Positions 15,393 through 22,687 of a stretch of 22,687 nucleotides of DNA are shown here, in pieces (within the stretch, counting starts at the first letter, position 1; each line of letters starts with the position of its first letter). Source of the stretch: Candidatus Eiseniibacteriota bacterium (GTDB lineage Bacteria; Eisenbacteria; RBG-16-71-46; JABDJR01; JAWXBZ01); assembly GCA_034440375.1 (NCBI GenBank), contig JAWXBZ010000013.1, forward strand, positions 1-22,687, written 5' to 3'. Under the pieces are notes generated by a model. It ran no database searches. It was given only the letters and a program-made list of their open reading frames with translations, and had not been told where the DNA came from. A program made the position numbers and the translations under genes.

Positions 15393-16233
15393 TCTCCATT
15401 CCTCCGAGCAGATGTCGTGGAACAACGAGATTCCAGCGACTCACGTAAGCCCCTCCGACCCGCCCAGGCTCGAGGTAGGTCGGCGACTTCGGACGATGTC
15501 GGGCGATCTCCTCGAGGATTGAATCAGGCAGATAAAGCGTCGATTGGTTTCTTTCCAGGAACCAGCCGAGAGCGGCCCACAGGCGAGGGCTGTCGTAAAG
15601 TGCGAGAATCTCACGCAGATCGTTGAGGTTGAGTGTGACAAACCCCATGGCCGACTCCACAAGTTCATCCACCCCCCCCACCCACCTCAAGCTCCTGAAT
15701 CCTTCCACCAGGGTCCTCTCGGGGCTGGTGACGGTCAAGGATCTGCCGGCGCGCGTGATCGTCCTGGTCCATCGTCGCAGCGGATCTTCAGTCTGGAACG
15801 CGGCGCGGCGGTCCTTCCTCATGACCGGAGGGTGAACGAGAAACACGATGCGATTGGACCCAAGCCGCACAGGCGTCCGTCGCCGGTCGGTGTACACAGT
15901 GAAGACGTGCCAGACCGAATGAGCCTGCCCCTGAAGCTCCAGCGCGGAGTGATGACAAAACACAGCATCCGATCGAGCAGCCGCCGCCACCAGGTAGGGA
16001 TCCGGTTGATACCGTTTTGCCGCCGTGCCGAGCGGAACCGTTGCGAAAACCCCGCGCGCCACCGACTTCACACGCCCCTCCCGGACAAAGTACTTGAGCC
16101 GGGCTCTTGCCCTGGCCAGGGCGTCGGTCCCGCTCAGATAGTCTGCAAACTCGTGGGCCGAGAAGACAGAGTTCTTCTCGAGGAAATTCAGACTCCTTGA
16201 TGTCGCCACTTGTTGTTCAGCGCTATTTGGCAT
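15373..16233 (-). CDS. abiEi: Type IV TA antitoxin AbiEi-family protein
   Basis: 'VKSVARGVF', 'CHHSALELQG', 'VTSPERTLVE' and 'RWNLVVP'; overlaps the toxin start. Confidence 0.87.
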   Translation of the reverse strand: MPNSAEQQVATSRSLNFLEKNSVFSAHEFADYLSGTDALARARARLKYFVREGRVKSVARGVFATVPLGTAAKRYQPDPYLVAAAARSDAVFCHHSALELQGQAHSVWHVFTVYTDRRRTPVRLGSNRIVFLVHPPVMRKDRRAAFQTEDPLRRWTRTITRAGRSLTVTSPERTLVEGFRSLRWVGGVDELVESAMGFVTLNLNDLREILALYDSPRLWAALGWFLERNQSTLYLPDSILEEIARHRPKSPTYLEPGRVGGAYVSRWNLVVPRHLLGGMESGEPGP

Positions 16234-16466
16234 AGTTTTTTTACCTTTTATCAATCACAACAAGAAGGCGTCTCGACAACTAAAAGCTGAGGCAGCAGTG
16301 AAGCTTAGAGATCAACGCTAGTCAGGTATTTTCGTCTACAACCTGTAAAGAATAAATAAATTCACTGTTACAAAGCAAGATCGCAAGTAAAATATACTGC
16401 ACCCTTTACGGCTTCGCAAAGCTAAGCCATTACTAGACAATGCCTTACGGTTCCGGACCATTGGGT

Positions 16467-19400
16467 TCACTCTGCGCGTCCCAGCACCTCGATCAGCTCC
16501 GCAACTATCCGCAACTGCCCCTCGTCTGCGCCGCTCAGAACGATGGGCGCGAAGTCAGGGTTCACGGATTTTAGGGTGATCGCGCTGTGGCGCCAAGAAT
16601 CGTCCTGCCCCTTCTTCTCACTCTCGTAGCGCTTGACGGTATAACGCTGGCCGGTCTCCGGGTCGACAGCATCCACCAATTGAACAAGCACCGTCTTGCC
16701 ATGTCGCGTGCCCGTCACGGGCGCGGCAAAGAGGCAGTAGGAGCTATCCTGAATGATTGGTTCCATCGACTTTCCGACGACCTGGGCAACGAACATGAGT
16801 GGACGCAGCCGGTTGCGCGACTCGACTGTGACCCACTGGAAGCCGTCGTCCTCCACATTCTGAGGGTCGCTGAAGGCACCGGCGGCGGCCTTGAGCGGAA
16901 TAAGGGGGACGCAGGAAATGTAGCGCTCCTCAGGTTTGGGATCGACAATGCGGAGCCGTGCCGGCAAAGCCAGGGGGCCCGCTCCCCCTTCAGCATCGCC
17001 AGTCCCCTGTCGTAGTCGCCGATACGCCTCCGACGCCATCCACGCCGTCACCACCTTTTGGAAGGGTGCGTCATTCATGAAGCGCACGAAGATCTCCTCG
17101 TTCTGATCCATGCGCTCAACGAAGAGCTTCTCGAGCAGGTTCCTGAAGACGAGCTCGAACTTGTCGCCCGGATTCACCACGGCTGCTTGTCGCAGATCGC
17201 CGTCGGCCATGGCCGCCTCGACAATCTGGTCGAAGAAGAGCTGGTCGGCCTGGTTGAAGTCGGTTCCGAAGCGCTCGTTCACAACGTCTATGAGCTGGGA
17301 TAGTGGCACAGGCTGCGCGCGCACCAGGCCGCTGCCCACCTCGGTAGGTCCATCGAGGGGCCGTGCCTCACCGTCCTGGAGCGAGATGGACCCCTCGCTG
17401 ATCTTCTGCAGGCGGTAGTACTCAAGCCGTACCTCGTCATCAAACTGGTATGCCGCTCCGCTCTTGCGGCGTGGCAGCTTCGCCGCAAGATGCCGGAGGA
17501 ACACGTACAGCCGCTCCAGATCCGAGTCCTGATATGGGATTACCTGGCTCAGAAACCCATAGAGGTTCAGGAGCGCCTGCACCTTCCCCCGCCAGAGTTC
17601 CGCCTCCTCCTCGTTATCCTTCTGGCGAACGGTGAACCGTGACACCGCCGGATCGAGGGCGGCGTTCATCGCCTGGTGATCCATGGCGCTCTGGCGCTGC
17701 TTCGGCTTGAAGTAGACCGCACTGAATCGCTCTACCTCCTCGTCCAGGTAGATCCCAGAGGCGTCCAGCTCACCCTTTATCGCATACATGCGGGCAGGGT
17801 CGACTTCTTCGCCCATCTCGGCGCCTTCGTAGTAGGTCTTAAACGCCTCCCGAATCTCTTCCCGATCGTTCACGAAATCAAGGATAAACGTGTCTTCCTT
17901 GAGTGGATGAATGCGATTCAGTCGCGACAATGTCTGTACGGCTTGGATGCCGCCAAGCCGCTTATCCACGAACATCGTGTGCAGAAGAGGCTGATCGAAC
18001 CCGGTCTGATACTTCTCTGCCACGAGCAGGACCTGATACTCCTGCGTTGCGAATTTCTCGGGCAGCTCCTTCTCGGAGATGCCGTTGTTCATGCCCGGTT
18101 CGGTATAGGTGACGCCGGCCAGCTTGTCGTCCACCACCGTTCCCGAAAAAGCAACAAGAGACTTGATGGCGTAGCCCTTCTCCTGGATGTAGCGATCAAA
18201 GCTCTGTTTGTACCGGACAGCTTCCAGACGCGAACCCGTCACCACCATCGCCTTGGCCCTCCCGCCGATCTTGTGGCGGGTGACGGCCTGGAAGTGCTCT
18301 ACCATTACCTCAGTCTTTTGCGCGATGTTGTGCGGGTGCAGCTTCATAAAGCGCGCCAGCGCTTGAGCGGCCTTCTTGCGCTCAACGTTCGGATCGTCAT
18401 CGCAAGCCTTGAGCAGTTTGAAGTAGGTCGCGTACGTGGTGTAGTACTTCAGTACGTCGAGGATGAACTCCTCTTCGATCGCCTGCCGCATGGTGTAGCG
18501 GTGCGTCGGCTGCCCATCGCGGCCAAATACGGCGAGCGTCTTGTGCTTGGGCGTCGCGGTGAAGGCGAAGAAACTCAGATTTGCCTGTTTACCGCGCTTG
18601 GCCATGCTACGGAAGAGTTCTTCCATGTCTTCCCGGCCTTCTTCGGTCGCACGCTTCCTGGCTTCGTCCCGCAGCCCCTCACCGCCAAGCACTTCCTTGA
18701 GGTCGGTCGCCGTCTCGCCGCCCTGCGAACTGTGGGCCTCGTCTATGATGACGGCGCACCGCCGAGTGGCCAGCGTGCCGGTGCCGCTCTCGCCGCGCTC
18801 CTCGGCGAGCTTGAGCAGCTGGCGCGAGACGAACGGGAACTTCTGCAGCGTCGTGATGATCACCGGCACAGCATTCTCGAGCGCCTCAGCGAGCTGTCGC
18901 GAACTCTCGTCTATCCGCTGCACGACGCCACGCTTGTGCTCGAACTGGTAGATCGTGTCCTGAAGCTGCTGGTCGAGCACCACGCGGTCGGTCACCACGA
19001 TCACGCTGTCGAAGACGCGCTGGTTGGCTGCATCGTGCAGGGACGCCAGCCGATGCGTCAACCAGCCGATGGTGTTGCTCTTGCCACTTCCGGCCGAGTG
19101 CTCGACGAGGTAGTTGCGCCCCACGCCCTCGCTACGCGCGGCATCCACCAACTGACGCACCGCCTGAAGCTGGTGGTAGCGGGGAAAGATCATCGACTCG
19201 GTCTTGACCTTGCGGCCTTGGTCGTCGCGCTTTTCGTCAATCTGCAGGTGGATGAATCGAGCGAAAAGGTCGAGCAGGCTGTCCCTCTGCAAGACCTCTT
19301 CCCACAGGTAGGCCGTGCGGTAGGTCCGCCCGGCCGGATCAGGTGGATTCCCGGCGCCGCCCTCGCAGCCCTTGTTGAAGGGGAGGAAGTGAGTAGCCGT

Positions 19401-20018
19401 ACCCGCGAGGCGAGTGGTCATCAGCACCGACTCGGTATCCACCGCGAAGTGCACCAGCGTGCGGCGCTTGAACTCGAAGATCGGCTCGCGCGGGTCGCGG
19501 TCCTGCTTGTATTGCCGGCGCGCATCCTCCACCCGCTGGCCCGTGAGCGGGTTCTTCAACTCCACCGTGGCGATGGGGATCCCGTTCAAGCTCAGCGTCA
19601 CATCGAGCGACTTCTCGCAGCGCGGCGAGAAGTGAAGCTGCCGCGTCAGCCCCAGGCGGTTGGCGGCGTAGCGCGCTTCCAGCTCCGGATTCAGCTCGTG
19701 CGCCGCCTTGAAGAACGCCGCGTGAAGCGTGCGCCCGTAACACTTGAAGCCGTGGCGCAACGTCGCGAGCGAGCCGTTCTGGTCCATCCACTTGCACAGG
19801 TCGCCGAGGATCTGCTCGCCGGTCTTCTCCCCGTGCAGCGCCTCGAGCTTGGCCCACTCCTTCGGTTGCGTCTCGCGGATGAAGGCGAGCACCGTCTCGG
19901 GGAAGATCGCGCGCTCGCGGTCGAAGCCCTCGCGGGCGACCGGCACGTAGCCGTTCTGAAGGAGGTGCGCCTCGATGACCGTCTCGAAGGCGGCTTCGGA
20001 GTGGCGACCCTGGCTCAT
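16467..20018 (-). CDS. hsdR: Type I restriction subunit R with C-terminal S24/LexA-like domain
   Basis: Nuclease D...ELKN, Walker [19 protein letters not shown] and QTLSRLNR. The last ~165 aa contain AAG, GKSMEP and TVKRY. ATGA overlap at the start. Confidence 0.95.
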   Translation of the reverse strand: MSQGRHSEAAFETVIEAHLLQNGYVPVAREGFDRERAIFPETVLAFIRETQPKEWAKLEALHGEKTGEQILGDLCKWMDQNGSLATLRHGFKCYGRTLHAAFFKAAHELNPELEARYAANRLGLTRQLHFSPRCEKSLDVTLSLNGIPIATVELKNPLTGQRVEDARRQYKQDRDPREPIFEFKRRTLVHFAVDTESVLMTTRLAGTATHFLPFNKGCEGGAGNPPDPAGRTYRTAYLWEEVLQRDSLLDLFARFIHLQIDEKRDDQGRKVKTESMIFPRYHQLQAVRQLVDAARSEGVGRNYLVEHSAGSGKSNTIGWLTHRLASLHDAANQRVFDSVIVVTDRVVLDQQLQDTIYQFEHKRGVVQRIDESSRQLAEALENAVPVIITTLQKFPFVSRQLLKLAEERGESGTGTLATRRCAVIIDEAHSSQGGETATDLKEVLGGEGLRDEARKRATEEGREDMEELFRSMAKRGKQANLSFFAFTATPKHKTLAVFGRDGQPTHRYTMRQAIEEEFILDVLKYYTTYATYFKLLKACDDDPNVERKKAAQALARFMKLHPHNIAQKTEVMVEHFQAVTRHKIGGRAKAMVVTGSRLEAVRYKQSFDRYIQEKGYAIKSLVAFSGTVVDDKLAGVTYTEPGMNNGISEKELPEKFATQEYQVLLVAEKYQTGFDQPLLHTMFVDKRLGGIQAVQTLSRLNRIHPLKEDTFILDFVNDREEIREAFKTYYEGAEMGEEVDPARMYAIKGELDASGIYLDEEVERFSAVYFKPKQRQSAMDHQAMNAALDPAVSRFTVRQKDNEEEAELWRGKVQALLNLYGFLSQVIPYQDSDLERLYVFLRHLAAKLPRRKSGAAYQFDDEVRLEYYRLQKISEGSISLQDGEARPLDGPTEVGSGLVRAQPVPLSQLIDVVNERFGTDFNQADQLFFDQIVEAAMADGDLRQAAVVNPGDKFELVFRNLLEKLFVERMDQNEEIFVRFMNDAPFQKVVTAWMASEAYRRLRQGTGDAEGGAGPLALPARLRIVDPKPEERYISCVPLIPLKAAAGAFSDPQNVEDDGFQWVTVESRNRLRPLMFVAQVVGKSMEPIIQDSSYCLFAAPVTGTRHGKTVLVQLVDAVDPETGQRYTVKRYESEKKGQDDSWRHSAITLKSVNPDFAPIVLSGADEGQLRIVAELIEVLGRAE

Positions 20019-20665
20019 GCAGCCATCTCTCCGATCTTCTGCCCCAGCCACCACACGGCAACCGGACCATAGGGCGCCATCTCCCCGTAGCCGGCAATTT
20101 GCCTGTCGCGTTCCCGTACGTATCGGTCCCTGGGCACGGGGCCACCGATCCGTGCCTTCTCACCCTTCCACCACGCGAGAACAGCATCGAGAACGCTCTT
20201 CCGGTTGTTCTTGAGCAGCGGAAGATTGAGGTTCAGGACGTTATCCAGTTGGCCATCGAACACGGCGTCATGCGCGCGCATCGAGCCATCCAGCTCGTAC
20301 CGCACGCGGGTCTCGATGTGGTGCGCCGCGTTCGCCGGGTTCCACTGCAGATCGCTGTCACCCTTCCGCGTGTCGCAGTGTTGCAAGTGAGTCGGCTGAC
20401 CGTTCCCGCCAAGGCAGGTGCCGAGCAGGTTCCCGTAGCTGAGCTGGTCATTCGGGTGGCGAGACTGACACAGCCAATGCTCGATCTTCATGGTTGTCGG
20501 TCCGTTGCGAACCCGTCCCATGCAGTAGCAGCACAGTCCACGTTGCTCGGTCACGAGCGCATGCCGAAGCTCGTCCTTCCGGCCGTAGTTCTCATAGTCG
20601 CAGTGCGGCGTCTGGCGATGCGCCGTCAGGCTCGCCGGTTCAGTGCCCTTGGCGATCTGCCTCAC
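20015..20665 (-). CDS. ptuB: HNH endonuclease, TIGR02646 / PtuB-like
   Basis: 'EQRGLCCYC', 'IEH', 'YGNLLGTC', 'HCDTRKG' and 'LNLN'. GTGA overlap with the ATPase stop. Confidence 0.85.
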   Translation of the reverse strand: MRQIAKGTEPASLTAHRQTPHCDYENYGRKDELRHALVTEQRGLCCYCMGRVRNGPTTMKIEHWLCQSRHPNDQLSYGNLLGTCLGGNGQPTHLQHCDTRKGDSDLQWNPANAAHHIETRVRYELDGSMRAHDAVFDGQLDNVLNLNLPLLKNNRKSVLDAVLAWWKGEKARIGGPVPRDRYVRERDRQIAGYGEMAPYGPVAVWWLGQKIGEMAA

Positions 20666-21915
20666 TGCTCGCTCTCCATGAAGTCGAGGAGGGTTCTGAT
20701 GCGGGTGACCTCCGGGTCATCCTCTCCGAGCTTGCCGACGAGCGTGGCCAGAAGGTCACGAGCGCTCTGGTACCGCTGCTTGCCCACCTCCTGCGAGATC
20801 TGCGAGAGCAGCGCGTTGACCTCCTCGGTGCGCGGGTCGGCGTCCATGATCTCTTCGAGCACGCGGCTCGAGTCCACGCCAAATGAGTGTGTCGGCGAGT
20901 AGACCTGGCCGTTCGCGATGATCTGAATCCGGTCGTGCTCGACCTCGCCAATGACCTGCGGCGAATGTGTCGTGGCGATGAACTGGCAGCGCGGGAAGGC
21001 CGCGCTCAGATTGCGAACGATCTGGCGCTGCCACTTCGGGTGCAGGTGCAAGTCGATCTCGTCGATCAGCACCACCGCTTCCGCCTCGGCGGCCGGGTCG
21101 GCCATTTCTGGGTTGGCCTGTGCCAGCCGACGCGTCAGGTCGAGCACGAGGGCCAGCGTGCCGCGCTCGCCGTCCGACAACTGCCGCACGGCGACAGTGG
21201 TGCTGCCGCGATCGATCAGCAGTTTCGGGCGCGCGTCGCCGTCCACACGGAGATGGGCGTAACCGGGGAGAAATCGCGCTACCGCGTCCTCGAAGGCGGC
21301 GAGCACTCGACCAGCCGAAACACGTTCCGCCTTCAGAGCTTCCTGGACCCGCATCCACGCCGCGAACTCGCCAAGCCTAAGTTCGCGATTTGCGAACGCA
21401 TCCGCGAAAGCCGCGGCGATCCCGCCGGCGGCCACGTTCTTCCCAGGCGCCCGCTCCGACGGCACTGCCCGATTGGTCGAGAACAGCACCGCCAACGGCC
21501 GACCGCCGGGCTCGCTCCCCGTCACCCGCGCGGGCACGTTGCCCAGGAACGTGACCTTCTCGGGGGTGTCATGCACCTGCTCCCGCGGCATGCCCGCCTT
21601 CCTCTCCTGCGGAGCACTCGATTCCCGCGGCTTGTGGATCAGGTAGCGATACTCCGACCCGCCGATCTGCACGCCACACTCGATGCTCAGCGCGTCCGCG
21701 CCAACCCGGATGTCTTCAACAGTGAACGATTGAACCGGCGCGCGCAGCTTGTTCGCCTGCTTGGCGAAGGCCGAGAGACACACGCGAAGCGCATCGATCA
21801 TGCTGGTCTTGCCGACGCCGTTGACACCGACAATCAGGTTGAAGCCCACCTGAAAGCGGAACTCGGCGGTCTCGATCGCACGGAGGTTGGCGAGCTTGAG
21901 CGCGGTGACTCTCAT
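20662..21915 (-). CDS. ptuA: ABC-type (AAA_15/21) ATPase, PtuA-like
   Basis: Walker A GVNGVGKT, signature LSDGE, Walker B/D-loop LIDEIDLHLHP, H-loop TTHSP. ATG 21915 overlaps the hsdS stop (ATGA). Confidence 0.88.
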   Translation of the reverse strand: MRVTALKLANLRAIETAEFRFQVGFNLIVGVNGVGKTSMIDALRVCLSAFAKQANKLRAPVQSFTVEDIRVGADALSIECGVQIGGSEYRYLIHKPRESSAPQERKAGMPREQVHDTPEKVTFLGNVPARVTGSEPGGRPLAVLFSTNRAVPSERAPGKNVAAGGIAAAFADAFANRELRLGEFAAWMRVQEALKAERVSAGRVLAAFEDAVARFLPGYAHLRVDGDARPKLLIDRGSTTVAVRQLSDGERGTLALVLDLTRRLAQANPEMADPAAEAEAVVLIDEIDLHLHPKWQRQIVRNLSAAFPRCQFIATTHSPQVIGEVEHDRIQIIANGQVYSPTHSFGVDSSRVLEEIMDADPRTEEVNALLSQISQEVGKQRYQSARDLLATLVGKLGEDDPEVTRIRTLLDFMESEQ

Positions 21916-22687
21916 GCCGCGTGCTCCACGTCTATCTGACCCGTCACGGCCGCGGCGATCAGCGCGGCGCGGCGCTCCTTCAGAAGCCCAACAGTGCGTA
22001 CGGTCTTGGACTTGATCTCGTCGAAGTTGGTCATCTGAACATCCAGTGCCGACAGAATCGCAGCTTGTTCCCCTATCGGTGGTACAGCCAACCAAAGTTC
22101 GTTGATTGCACCCATGGCAATGTTTGGCTGTGTGCCCGCAGACCACGTCTGTCGGACCTGGTCTTGAACGACATCGGCCCGAAGGCAGACCTCCAAATAC
22201 GCCGGTAGCGCCACATGCGGGTCTGCGCGAATGACCGCCAACGGGGACCAGATGGAGAACTCGTGGTCCACCAAGACTCTCGCAAGTTTTCCCGTGGTAG
22301 CGCCTGACTTGCAGAACAAGATGTCATCTCGTTGAGGCCGCGTCTTTCTGCAATAGGCCGCGTGAAGCTGTGGCGTGATGAAGCCTCGTCGCCGCTCGAA
22401 GTCGATGGCATCCTCTTGAATGGCTTCGGCAGAGATGAACTCTATGCCGTCTGATACAAACTCGGGCGTTTCGTGGGGGCCATCTGTTATTGGAATCGCG
22501 ACGAGCCGCTTAAGGCGCATTGCCTCCCAATGCGCCGGAATCTCGCCGAGCCAGGGGATGCCGGAGTCGCGGAGGGGGGCACGGGGGCCGAGGCCGCGGG
22601 TGACGGCGCGGGTGATGAGCGCCCGGCGCTTCTCGGCCAACAGCCCGAGCACCCGCTCCTTCGCCGCCACCAGCGCATCCAGCCGCG
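21912..22687 (-). CDS. hsdS: Type I restriction specificity subunit S (5' partial)
   Basis: Central conserved region 'EKRRALITRAVTRGL...DSGIPWLGEIPAHW', second TRD, and C-terminal 'PPIGEQ...LKERRAALIAAAVTGQID'. Confidence 0.95.
   Translation of the reverse strand, partial: RLDALVAAKERVLGLLAEKRRALITRAVTRGLGPRAPLRDSGIPWLGEIPAHWEAMRLKRLVAIPITDGPHETPEFVSDGIEFISAEAIQEDAIDFERRRGFITPQLHAAYCRKTRPQRDDILFCKSGATTGKLARVLVDHEFSIWSPLAVIRADPHVALPAYLEVCLRADVVQDQVRQTWSAGTQPNIAMGAINELWLAVPPIGEQAAILSALDVQMTNFDEIKSKTVRTVGLLKERRAALIAAAVTGQIDVEHAA

Larger units (their letters stand above)
6335..22687. mobile_element. Integrative element / phage-satellite-like genomic island at tRNA-Cys; right end outside the window
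   Basis: tRNA fragment, tyrosine integrase, Xis-like HTH, primase- and DUF3987-like replication genes and defence cargo. No second att copy was found in the window, so inclusion of the distal cargo is inferred. Confidence 0.8.

Noticed and set aside
16255-16466. AT-rich gap as an ncRNA or IS end
   Set aside because: No convincing stems or terminal repeats; most simply the abiEi promoter region.
17676-20072. 798-aa plus-strand ORF (also 20099-20902 and 20887-21939)
   Set aside because: Antisense shadows of hsdR, ptuB and ptuA. They have no motifs and are expected from high-GC codon bias.
20015-21915. Retron type I-A system
   Set aside because: No reverse transcriptase or recognisable msr-msd in the window, and no intergenic space flanks the pair. 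It cannot be excluded beyond the window edge.

Overview
GC-rich bacterial window with two parts. Bases 1-6330 are host backbone: a HEAT-repeat cyclophilin (5' partial), a large S8 subtilase with a FlgD-Ig-like tail, a secreted hypothetical protein, a fatty-acid hydroxylase/sterol desaturase and another secreted hypothetical protein. From ~6335 to beyond the right edge lies an integrative element inserted in a tRNA-Cys(GCA) gene; only the displaced 3' half of the tRNA and a terminator remain here. The element has a compact minus-strand core of overlapping genes (small leader ORF, Toprim primase-like, DUF3987/YfjI-like, SpoVG-like, excisionase-like HTH, tyrosine integrase), iteron-like repeats and a lambda-cos-like motif, but no capsid or terminase genes in view, which is phage-satellite-like. 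Its cargo is defence-rich: two AbiE (type IV TA) modules with intact antitoxins and broken toxins, and a type I R-M operon with a Septu/PtuAB-like ABC ATPase + HNH pair inserted between hsdS and hsdR. The HsdR carries a C-terminal LexA/S24-type domain with an apparently intact Ala-Gly site and Ser/Lys dyad. This R-M/PtuAB/S24 operon is the best candidate for an undescribed system. All family calls come from reading motifs by eye; no searches were run.
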